Below, in pieces: positions 11,101 through 23,100 of a DNA stretch of 64,000 nucleotides. How positions within the stretch are numbered: position 1 is the stretch's first letter; the number at the start of each line of letters is the position of its first letter. The notes under the pieces were generated by a model that did not search any database, had not been told where the DNA came from, and was given only the letters and a program-made list of their open reading frames with translations. Made by a program: the position numbers and the translations under genes. This DNA is from Amoebophrya sp. A120 (Eukaryota > Protista > Dinoflagellata): assembly GCA_905178155.1 (NCBI GenBank), contig CAJINV010000009.1:2891373-2955372 (forward strand), written 5' to 3'.

Positions 11101-14100
11101 GGAGGAGACTTTTTTTCTCACGATATTGAACCGGGTTTCATCATTAAGGAACGCCAGTCCCTTCTGGTCCAGCTTGCGCACCTCCTCTAACAACTCCGAT
11201 GTGCAAGAAAAAAACTGTGTAATAGTGTAATGTAACGCAGAACAGATGGAAGCAACACATTTACGCTCGTCATGTTGCCGGACAGTCATGCAGTCCACTT
11301 TTCTTCACTATGCGTTTATTTTCCACCACATGCTAGCCGTGCTTGACAGGCTCCGGCTCCCTCTGCCATGCACCGGAAGCAAATTTGTCATGCTGTCAGC
11401 CATCCACGTAAGTAGAGAATTACAACACTAAAATTAGTGTTTTCTTCCTGGAGAATATCGCACGAAAAAACTGTTTCACAGTGGTGATTTAGATTTTGCA
11501 AAATCTGCATCACAAGTTTTGTAATACGCGTGAAACTGAAAATCTGTCATGCGGGGTTCCTAGGGGAAAACACAGCTAGAAATCCATTGTCTTGCATGTG
11601 TGGCATGACGCACACTTCTGCGATCGATTTTCTGCATCACAAGTTCACAGTGAAACAGTTTTTTCTTGCGATAGATCATATCGGAGTTGATACTCAAACT
11701 GTTCAACAGCGGGTCCTCGTCTGGCTCTTGGGTTTCTTGTATAAAATGCAAAAGCATCGCACTCGTTGTATTGCAATCATACATTACAAATCTTTTTCTT
11801 AAGGTAGATCCGCATTACAAATTTTGTTTCTCATGCTGAGGACATCTGTGATGCATTTATACGAGTACGATACTTTTGCACAGGATATCTTGCAGCAGAA
11901 CGCCATCGCCATCCGAAGTATGCTCGTTTTGCCTCCTTAGACGACCGCTCTCTACTTCGTCCTCCTCCTCCACGCGGGACGACGAGCTGTACTTATTTCT
12001 CGTCGCGCTAGAAGAACTACCTCCCGTGGTCGGGGGCCCCCGCCCTGGTCGTGCCCCTGGTGCGTATGAACTGCAAAAGTAGTATCGTACTCCCTCGTAT
12101 AAAAAATGCATACACAAATTTCCTCAGCATGAGAAATAAAATTTGCAATGCGGATGTACCTTAGCAAAAGAATTTGTGATGCATGATTGCAATACAAGTA
12201 CGATACTTTTGCACAGGATACTGCGCCGTCGCTGGCCATCGCAGGACGACCACCCGATACCTCATGCAGCCGTGGTGATGCGCGGGAAAAGAAAGACATC
12301 GAGGTTGACGGAAAAAGCATTCCTATCCTGAGTAAAAACGTCCCCACACCAGAGTTGTCATGCAGATTTGCAATGACAGGAACATTTGTAATGCGCATCG
12401 CCAGGAGAGGCATTGTTAGTCGTGTTTTGGAATTTGTAATGCTGTAAACAGGATGAGTAGATGGATTTCTGATGCAGCTGGCCTTGCGAACCTGCACTAC
12501 ACTACGGACTGCAACTTGTGATGCGTGACCCCCAAAAGTTCTAGGTTTGTGTTGCAAAATCCCCATCTTGACTCTGGTGTCGGGATGTTTTTACTCAGAA
12601 TAACTCCGGCGGTCGTGTCCCCGCCGAGCGGTGGTTTCCCCGAAAAGACTTCGGCGCTGGCGTTTCTCGTCTTGCCACCTCGCAGCATCAAGTTGGTAAC
12701 GTTACTCCCGTTGTAGTACTATCCGCTGCAAAAGTTGTACTAGCGCACTAGTAAAGTAGACATGATGTTCTTGATCATGATCGCAGAGCAAATTTATTAA
12801 ACTTGATCTCATCGAGTGAGAAATCATATGAATGCGGTTGAGAAAGACATGATTCATATTCTTGAGTGACTGCATTCAGAGTTTTAGTTGTACGCAATGT
12901 ACTTTTCGCTGAACATCATACTTTTGCAATCCATATTATCCCGGCACTGCTAGAGGGGGACCCCAGCAGCGCAGTAGCATCAGCTCCCATCGCGACGGTA
13001 GACTGAGAAGAATAAGACTGCACGCCCGGCAACACCTCCCACACACTGTAGCGCCAGGGAGGGCCGTTGGAGGACACAAGACCCCTGCTCACCACGGCCC
13101 CGCCGACCGCAAAGAGCGGGCTTCTTTCCAAGTAGAAACTCCGCTCGTCGATTCTGTTCGAGGGCGAAAATATTCTGGACAGTCGGCCTGTGCTGGTGCC
13201 GGAAAATGAATTATCCCCCCGGTCGGGCTTCCGCAGCTGCGTGGAAAACGTCTCGCTCGTAGTCAGAAGACCTGCGCCCAACGTGGTACTCACGCCGTTA
13301 CTCAGTAAGTTATTTTGAAACTTCGCTTCGGTAAAGTTGCGCAACCTATCCTGTGCAAAAATATCGCACTCGTATAAATGCATTACAAATTTCCTCAGCA
13401 TGAGAAATAAAATTTGTAATGCAGATTTGCCTTGGAAACAAGATTTGTAATGCAGGACTTGCATTTATACGAGTACGATACTTTTGCACAGGATACAACC
13501 CCCCGCGCGATAAAACGAAGCGATGATTCCAGTATTCGAACTTTTTGTGCGACAGCTTCAGCGCCTTATTGCAAGCAAAAATCCCCCCTCCCCATAGCTG
13601 AAAGTTTGTCATGCATATTTGTGCCCACAAATCGGGTCTGTCTTGCCAGAAGGCACATTCAGGCTGCCCGCCACGTTAATACGCAGGCCATTTGTAATGC
13701 GGTAAGGCCTACAGGGTAGCCGTCTACCATGCTAGGCGCCTACGCCAAAAGGCCCCTGCCTAGGCTTAGGATCTGCGTGCCGTCTTCTACTGCAACACAG
13801 ATCTGATTTGTGTATCCAAATCCAGCATCAGAAATTTCGTTTTGATACGGGTAGGGGGGATATTTCCTTTTGATACGCCTGCACTGCACCATCTATCGCT
13901 TTCTCGACAGAAACACCACTGTCCTTTCGTCCTGGTCCTTCTACTTCATCGATCGAAGCTTCCGCTAGTATCCTGTGCAAAAATACTCGTACTAACAAAT
14001 TGGAATTGCGTTCTTTATACACATAGAAAAATCTACGTTGTGGGTGTCCAGGTGAGTTCGCTTTGCAAATCTCATTTATGCTGAGTCAATTTTAATTTCA

Positions 14101-17100
14101 ATTTCAATGTTTTTGTAAATGCGATTCACACAGCATTCACATTCTAGTACGATCCATTTGTAACGACCCATAGCCAGGCGCCCGCTCCAACTTTTTTCCG
14201 CTTGGTAAATTTCCTGCAGCTGAGCGCCGACCCGCCTCGCCTCCTGCTTCAGAGTGGCGAGCGCAGCTCCGGTTATGCATTGCAAATATGTCTGGCGTTT
14301 TGTCTGGAAACAGCACCTTGGTACAGCACAGTGAACGAAGAGAGCCAGCACTTGAGTTGTTAAATCAATTTTGAATGTTTTTGAATTTCTCATGCAAGGT
14401 GTCACGCATGCTTTTTGGACCTGGCATAATGAAGACGAGAAGACACACACCGAAGAATTTTTTGTCACTTGAATTAAGTAAAAAGTAGGAATCTTGTGAT
14501 GCGAAAGTTGACAGATCTGTGATGCATGGCTAGTAGTCGTGGCAACCCTTATTTCTGTCGTCAGCTGTAACTACCCAGTTTGTCATGCAAAACACGTCGG
14601 CACTAGAACGCGGAATACGAGCCGAGAAATTTGATGCCGTACACCAGAACGACCTGGCTCTGTCATGCAAAGCGCAGCAACACAAATCCGCTGCGTTTTT
14701 CCAGACACCGCAGCAGCTGACATAAGTATTTGCATTCGATATCGGTGCTGCGAAGCTGATCTTCGAGGGGTCCTGCGCCCGTGGTCTGTCTTCTTTCCTC
14801 TCCTGGGAAGAACTGTCGTGGAGAGGAAACAACCAGTCCGCGGCTGGTGCGCTCCTTGTCCTTGTCCTTGAACTCCTCCTCAAGCATGTTTTTTTCCGTT
14901 TCGCACTGCTTTTCCAACGTTTCCTTTTCGATCGCGAACTATCAAATGCAAATATGCTTGGGTCTGGAGAATTGCCAGGTTTGTCATGCATTTTTTGCAG
15001 GACCCATGAGGCCTGTCATGCATGACCTAGCATCGCGGATTTTTAGAGGACTTCCTGATGCGTATTCCGCATGAGAAATGCCCTCTCTGCGGAGCACAAA
15101 CTGGGCTCCTCTTGCTGTGGCATGCAATACAGATTTTTTTGGAATCCATATACAGCGTTACAAGTCGCCACTTTCCAGACCCAGACATATTTGCATTTGA
15201 TACGAACGCCCTCTCGAGTTCTCGTCTCTTCCGCAGCACGCTTCGTTCCGCTTCCTCGGCCACCTGGGCCAGCCTCCTATCAAATGCAAAAATGTCTGGG
15301 TCTGGAAAATTGGAACTTGTATTGCGTGTGCAGGATTCCAGAAAAATCTGTGTTGCATAAAAGCACCAAGAGCGCCGCGTTTTCATCATGAGAAAGCGCA
15401 GTTTGTAATGCGCAATAAGCATGAGAAAGTGTCTCAAAAATTTGTCATGCTCCAGTGCTCTTACAGGCGCAGTCACTCATGGCCATTCAGCATTACAGGT
15501 TTCCAGACGGAGACATATTTGCAATGCATACCTCCGCTCGGTGGCCGACAGCCGCTCCAAGCCCTCGACGAGTGCGTTCACAGCGCTGGTGTTCTCGTCC
15601 GTCGGATTCTGTTATCCTGTGCAAAACAAGTATCGTAGTCGTATAAATGCAAGTCTTGCATTACAAATACCAGCCATGCCCCGGCTGACGCCGGGGCGAG
15701 CGGCTGTTGTGGCGGGGCAGGACTATTTGCGGATCGGGCCACAGTGCCAGAGCTTTGCGCACGGCGTGATAGTTCGAAGGAAATACTGGCGCCGGTTTGC
15801 GCCATCTCAACCCGCTGGGCCTCCTGCGCGCTTCCCGCGCCTTCAGGCGCTATGCGCAGGGAGCAGCTGCAGCGAAGCTTGGGGGCGAAGAGAAGCCGCT
15901 CCGACATAGATGCCGAAGGAAGCAGAACGGGGGCCGCAATGCCCTTTTTTGATCACCCACCCGCCCCCGCCCTAAAAGCTTCTCGGCGGAAATCGCTGGC
16001 GCGAGAGGGTGGCGCGAGAGGGTGGCGCGAAAGGGCGGCGCGAGAGGGTAGCGCGGGAGGGTAGCGCGAAAGGGTGCGGGCCTGCGCGATGAAAAGGCCC
16101 AAACAAAATTGGCCGCGTGCCGGGCGGATTCGAGTTTTTGCAACCCTCTCGCAGACCCTCTTTTTCACCTCCTCCGAGAGGTGTTGCGAATAATCCGGCT
16201 ATACTCGCCGGCAGAGGTCGACAGAGGTGGCCGAGAGGTGGCCCAGAGGGTGCGCGAGAGGTTCGCCCTTATTCGCGCAACCTCTCGGCACCTCTGTCCA
16301 CCTCTCGCGTGCCCTCTTTTTTACCTCTCGGCCACCTCCGTGCCGCTTAGCGGCCCCAAAGGGTGACCCCTTCGGCGGGCTATACTCGCGCCACCTCTCG
16401 GCCACCCTCCCGAACTACCTCCCGCGCCACCTCTCCGCCTCTGTCGACCTCTTTTTGACCTCTTTTTGACCTCCCGGCCACCTCTCGTTTACCCTCTCTA
16501 GCCAATATTTTCGCATGAATTAACTACTATTAATGATGATTAAGGTCATTGAGGGGTCGTTGAGGGGTCTTCGACCCCCCGAAGGGGGTTCATTGACCCC
16601 CCTTGGGTACCCCTTCGTTTTTCGAGGCCCCCCGAAGGCCCCTCGAAGGCCCCCCAAAGGGGCTCCGTTGACCCCCCCCTTCGGGGGCTCATTGAACCCC
16701 CTTCGGGGGGCCTTCGGCGTAGTAAATTTCTGTTTTTCTCGAGGCACCCCTTCGGGGGGCCTTCGGGGGGCCTTCAGGGGGCCTTCGGGGGGCCTCCGAC
16801 CGACGGCCTTCGGGGGGCCTTCGGGGGGTCTTCGGGGGGCCTTCGGGGGGCCTTCGGGGGGTCTTCGGGGGGTCTCCGGGGGTCTTCGGGGGGTCTTCGG
16901 GGGGTCTTCGGGGGGCCTCGGGCGGACGCCGTCGAGCGACGCCAAGAAGTTTGGTTTGCAATGCGCGCGGGGTCTTCGTCTTTCTTTACGATGGCGCTGC
17001 GGGTCTCGCACTTGCGTGGGGCCGAAACAACGGCAAGACCCGAAACACCCACGGCGCCATGCCCTTCGGCGGGTTGTTCGGCCAAGCCAAAGGCTTTTTT

Positions 17101-20100
17101 CGTATGCGGGTGGGGCCGCTGCGGTCTCAAATGCGGGCGGCGCCGCCGTGGTTTCTTTCGTTTAGTTTTTGGTGCGGGCGGCGCCGCTTTTCTTTCGTCT
17201 GTAAGTACTCTTCCAAAGGCGGGCGGAGCCGCTTTAGTTTCAAGGCGGGCGGGGCCGCTTCGGCTCTTTCCGCCGCGCTACGCAGCCAACGCGCTTGCTT
17301 CTTTTTGCCTTTGCCCCTCCCCTTGCTTGCCCGACGCCTTGGCCATCGGGGCGGCTTTCGCCTTTCTTTGGGGCCGCCCGCGGCTTGCTTTGCTCTTCGG
17401 CTTCGGCCTCGGCCTCGGCCTCCCTCGGCACCGCCTTCGGCTTCGCGACCGCCACAATCTTGCTTCCTTCGCCCGCTTTGCGGCCGGCTCGGCCTCCTGC
17501 CCCTCCGGCACGCTTGAGGCACCACGCAACCGGAGGAGAGGGCGCCCCGCAGTTGCCAGTCGGCTCAACTACTACTACCAACCGCGAAGAGCGTCGCCAC
17601 AAAGGCCCAGGGTGGGCGCTGGAATGTGTGCGATTGGATTGGAGCGCAAGCGGTGCAGATGTTCGCTGCGCGCGTTCCCGTGGCCAACCCCACCACCTAC
17701 ATACAAACCAGCGCCTTGAGCCGCAGCAGCCGCCTACATTCCAGTGCTCTGGGCCACGCAAGAAGTGTCCAGGGCGGGCGCTGGAATGTAGGCGGCCGGA
17801 TTCATTTGCGCGTTCGGAAGCTGCGCGGCTGTTTGTTTTGCGAGTTTCCAAGGCCGCCAAGTCAGCCGCCTACACTCCAGCGCCCTTGGCCTCGCCAGAA
17901 TGAAGGACCAAGGGCGCTGGAACATAGCTGGCCGGAGGGATTTGAGCGCAAGTTGCGCAGATGTTCGCGCACTTTGCGAGCTTCCCTGCCAAAGCCAGCC
18001 GCCTACATTCCACCACCCTGGACCCTTCTGGTGTGGCCCATAGCGCTGGAACGAATGGAGGCGGCTGGCTTTGCGCGCGGGTAGCACGGATGTTCGCCTT
18101 GCGAGTGTCCAGGGCCAAGCCCGCCACCTAGGTAGGTTCCAGCGCTCACTCTGAACCACAGCAGAAGGGCCCAGGGCGCTGGAATTCGGGCGACTGGCAG
18201 GCTTTGGGCGCAAGCGGCGCAGGTGCTCTCTGTGCGAGTTTCCGTGCCCAAGGCCGCCGCCTACATTCCAACCAATCAAAGAACGCCCTGGGCCACGCCA
18301 GAATGAAGGGCCCGGAGCGCCTTCGCATAGGCGGCGGGCTGGAATTGGGCGCCACTTGCGCGGTTGTTCGCCGTGCGGGCTTCCGTGACCAAATCAAACG
18401 CCTATATTCCAGCGCCCTTGGCCTCAGCAGCAGGGCCCAGAGCGCTTCCTTGCAGGCGGGCGGCTGGATTTGAGCAGAAGCCGCGCAGCTGTTCGCTTCG
18501 CGAGTTGGCTTCCAAGGCCGGGCCAATCGCCTAGATTCCGGGCCGGCCGGCGCCAACTTTGAGCCGGATCAGAAGTGTCCAGGGCGCTGGAAATGTAGGC
18601 GGCTAGACTTCCGCGCAAGTTGCGTCGATGTCCCCTTTGCGCGTTTCCGTGGCCACACCAGCCGCCTACACGCACCCCAACGCCCTGAGCCCCACCAGAA
18701 GGGCCCAGGGCGCTAGAATGCAGGCGGCTGGATTTCAGCGCAGGTGACGCGGATGCTCGCTCTGCGAGTGTCTGTGGCCTGCCAAGCCAGCCGCCTGCAT
18801 TCATTCCAGCGCACCGAGCCACGCCAGGAGGGCGCAGGGTGTTGCAATGTACGTAGGCGGCTGGAGGGATTTGAGCGCAGGTGGCGCGCGTGTTCGCTCA
18901 CTCTGCAGTTGCCCGTGGCCAGCCCAGGCGCCTACATTCCCGCGCCCGCTTTGGGCCACGCCAGATGTTTCACGGGCGCTGGAGTGTAGGCGGCCGGGCC
19001 CGGTCACTTCAGCAAAAGTGGCGCAGATGTTCGCTTTGCGTGAGCCACACCCACCAGAGCGAAGGGTCAGCGAGCGGCGCTGGAGTGTGGCCGCCTGGGC
19101 TCAGTCACGCACTTGAGCAAAATTGGCGAAGATGTGCGCTGTGCGAGTTTCCGTGGCCAAACCAGCCGCCTACGTTCCAGCGCTCTGAGCCGCGCCAGAG
19201 GAGTCCAGCTAACGAGCGCGCTGGAGCATAGACGGCGGGATTTGGGCAAAGGTGGCCCAGATGTTTTCTGTGCCTCGGCTCGCCTGCGAGCTTCCGCGGC
19301 CGAGCCAGCTCTTTAAATTCCAGATCCCTGAGCCAGACCAAAAGGGCCGGCCCAAAGCGCTTGAAGGTAGCCGACGGACCACATTTGAGCGCACGGCGCG
19401 CGTGGGCGCAGATGTTCCCGTGGCCCAACCGGCCACGAACATTCCAAAGCCCTGAGCCTCGCCAGAAGAGTGCTGTCCCGGGTGCCGGAAGGTAGGCGGC
19501 CGCCCGGGCCGGCTTGGGAGCAAGAAGATGGCGCAGATGCTCGCGCTGCGAGGGGGTTTGAGCGCCCATGCCCAGGCCAACCGCCTGCATTCCCAGCGCT
19601 CTGAGCCACACCAGAAGGGCCCAGGGCGCTGGAATATAGGTGGCCGCGGCCGGAGTTGAGCCAGCGCAAGTGACGCAGATTTTCGCTGTGCGAGTTCCTC
19701 TGGGCCGCTTAAGTTTTTGGCACCCATCGGCGAGGCCGCCTCTGTTTCGCCTGGCTGGCAGACTGCCCCCAAACAAAATGGATGCCGGCCGGGGGCCGGC
19801 GCGACGGCTTGGTTGCGGTGTAATAGGGGCGGGCCCGCCTCGGTTCTCTGTCCAGGACGCCTCGGCCCTGCCGCAACATGCGGCGCGCTTCTCTTTGTTT
19901 GCGTTTGTTGACTGCCTGCGCGGGCCCCTCGCTCGGGGCCGCGGCTACAGTTCGTTGTTTGTGTGCGCGCCTGCTTGAGCGACGGGCGGGCCGGCCGCCC
20001 GGGCCTTGGTGGGCTTTCGGCGCCAGTGCCCGTTTGTTGTGGTATGCCCGGCCCGCCCAACAGGCGTCCTAGCGGAAGGGCGCGCGCGCGCGCCGGATTC

Positions 20101-23100
20101 ATCATGCCGGGGCGGTGCCAGATTGGGCGCTCCAAGCAAGGCCGGCGCCGGGCCTTGACAAGGTACGGAGACCCAGCAAGGCAGCTGGTTCCCGGTAGAA
20201 GTTCATTTATGGGCATCCGAGCCAGATGGCGCCAGGCCCTGGCCAAGCCTGCCAAACGGCCGGCGCCAGGCCCTAGCGGTGCTGGACGGTGCCCGGGGGC
20301 GCCAGGGGCGGCAGGCCGGCGCAAGATTCTGGGTGGCGAGGCCACTCAGCCTACGATCGGGCTAGCTGATGCCAGCCACCCGGCTCACTGATCGCGGCCG
20401 GGGTTGTGCGGCGCAGCTAGATTTATTTCGGCGAAGGATGGAAGCCTGCTAGCCGCGGCCAGATCCTTCCTGCCTGGCCAATGAGGCGGCTGCCACGCAC
20501 ATTGTGGCCGAGGCGGCGCAGAGCCTTTGCAGGGCCTACGAACGCCATATCCTGGTGGGCCGAGCCTGCTAGCCGATGCAAAGAAATCGAAAGCATTGCG
20601 CGAGGGAGGCAGTCTGGCATAGGCCTTGGGGAGGCGGAGCAAAGGCCTTGGGAAAGGTCTCGGGGCTTGCCTGCGCTCGCAAAGCCGCTCGCGCTGTCCT
20701 CGGGGACAAGCCCTGGCGGGGCCTCGGGGGCATATGGCCGCTGGGGTTTATGTTTCTTTCGAAGTCAAGTCGCCCTCTTCTTGGGGCCGTTTTTTCTAGC
20801 TGCCCACTGTCCATCAAGATAGGGTCGGCCAAACGGCCGACCCCCATCTTGTATAATAGATAGTAATTTTTCTTAAGGTAAATCAGCATGACATCCATTA
20901 TTTTTAATTTACCTATAAATACAATATTTCCTATCATGTTTCTTAACTTTCCTCTTTTGCTATAGAATACAGAGTTTTTTTTCTCATGCTGAGAAAATTT
21001 GTAATGCATTTATACGAATAGGATAGTACCTTTACAGTTCATATCTGTTTCTGCAGCTCTTCGACCTGGACGAGTTCGTTCGCTTTTTCGTGACATTTTT
21101 CCCAGGATTTTGCCCAGTTTTTCTTCTTCGTCTCGAAATCGCGCTCCAAAACCTGCAGCTCGGGATCGTTGATCATGTTGTTCGGCAAGATGGAAAACTT
21201 TTGCTCCAAGGCGGAGAAAGCTTTTTTCTGTTTTTCCTTATCAAATGTAAAAATGTCTGAGCCTAGAAGAATGCAAGTTTGTCATGCTTGTCTGGCATGA
21301 CTCTTAAACCTGTCATGCACATTACCAAAGAGCCCCACTTTTGTGTTATGCAGAAACGTAGTCTGTCATGCAGAGTAGGCAACACCTAGAAGCTCAGAAA
21401 CTTGTCATGCTGAGCCAGCACTTGTGGCTCCGCATGATACGCCACCCAGCATCACAAGTTTCCAGACCCAGACATTTTTGCATTTGATATTCCTGCAACA
21501 GACGCACCGCGGCTTCCTTTTCCAGCTGCAACCGCTGGCGTTCCGACTCGATAGAAGTACCTGTTTTCGGGTCCTCTTCTAGCAGCCCACCTGGACGATT
21601 TTCTTCTTCATCTGGGTGTTTCTTCTGCCCCCTCAGCTGCTCCTTAAGTCCCCGCATTACCTGCTCCAGCCCGGTCATCCGCGCTTTCAACTCGGACTCC
21701 TGCTCTAGCATCTTCTCCTTTTCAGCGGGCAAAGTCCACTTCTCACGGTAGATGTGAAACAACGGCGCGGAGGAAAGACTTGATGCGGCGGGGGGTGCTA
21801 GAAGTTATCAAATGTAAAAATGTCTGGGTCTGGAAGATTGCCAGCTTCGTCATGCAGGTTTTCCATGACGCGCGCGATCTGGTATGCACGGCCTAGCATG
21901 ACAGATACTGTGAGATCTCTATCATGCCTTTCCTGCATGAGAAACTGCCTCTAGGCACTTGTTAAAAAGTGGACAACTTTTGGTAATCATGCAACACAAA
22001 TTTCTTCACGATCCAAATGTAGCATGACAAGTTACACTCTTCCAGACCCAGACATTTTTACAGTTGATACCAGTACTTCCCCAACAACATCTTCCTCGCT
22101 GGTGGGCACCAACTGCAGAACGGCCCCGACCGCCCGGCGCGCCGTGTGCAGATTTCGCCTGGCTTCCTGGAATTTCTTCTTGATCTCCCCATTGCTCAAA
22201 GGGGGGTTTTTAATTATATCAGGGTTGATTGCATCGTCCAGATCTGTCGCAAGAGGAAGGAGTAGTTCCTCCCCGGCGACTACTGCGAGGAAAAATCCCC
22301 CCACCCCATATTGAAGAAGTATATTCCTAAAAATTTGCGATGCCGATTCGTGGCCACAAATCCGGCCTCTCTTGCAAGAAGGCAAATCCAAAGGCAAAGA
22401 ATCCGCCGCCTTATGGGGGTGATTTGTATTGCTGTTTCACCTACAAACATGGGCATGGCAGGCCTCTGCTATGCTAACCTCCTACAACAAAACACCCCTA
22501 CGCAGGCTGAGACTTTGCCCGTAGTGCCTCACTGCAAGACAGGGCTGATTTGTGTACTTACACAAATCCAGCAACAGAAGTTTCCGTGTCAATATGGGGA
22601 CGAGGGGGGATTTTTCACTTTGATAGCAACTACTGGCGCCTTGTGGATCAGATTTTCTTCGAGCTCCAGCACGCGCGGATCGTTGCAGTCGTGTGCGGTG
22701 CTGCCCAACAGCTCACCCATCAGCCCCCGCACGTTGACAAATAGCCCGGCCTTATTCTGGGGAAAAACGTCCCCACCCCAGAGTTGTCATGCTAAACAAA
22801 ATGCGACACACTTTGCCCCCCCCATTGTACCATCGCCGCAGATGGCTTGGCACGCAGGGCGGGTGGGTCAGGCGGACACCGAAGTGCCATCACCATCATC
22901 TCCCGGCCACTATACCCCAGAGTTGTCATGCAAATCTGCACGGCAAAAAAGTTTCTCACGAGGAGCCCCATGAGAAGCATTCCCTAGTCGTGTTTTGGAA
23001 TTTGCGATGCTATAATCGGCGTGATGTGCTAGCTCTGTGATGCTGCTGGAGCTACCTAAACAGGAATACACTACGAGGCCAAACTTGTCATGCACAACAA

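Larger units (their letters stand above)
16520..20851 (+). mobile_element. Non-autonomous Helitron-like element 3
   Basis: A|TTAACTACTATT at 16520; hairpin GGGTCGGCC-aaac-GGCCGACCC then CTTG|T at 20848-20851; sits at an A|T junction without TSD. Confidence 0.6.
15670..20860 (-). mobile_element. Non-autonomous Helitron-like element 2 (interrupted by element 3)
   Basis: Minus strand: A|TCTATTATA at 20860; hairpin GCCCCGGC-tgac-GCCGGGGC (15678-15697) then CTGG|T at 15673-15670; body rich in GAGAGGTGGC-type repeats. Confidence 0.62.
15613..21043. mobile_element. Expanded family B introner (5.4 kb) hosting nested Helitron-like inserts
   Basis: B left half 15613-15669, B right half 20861-21043; perfect TSD tctgt; removal joins ...VEELQKQ/NPTDENTSA in frame. 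Confidence 0.87.

Noticed and set aside
16520-20863. Long ORFs such as 19209-20345 (378 aa) as a possible transposase or RepHel
   Set aside because: They are R/P/G/A-biased translations of GC-rich repeats; I see no DDE, HUH or helicase motifs.
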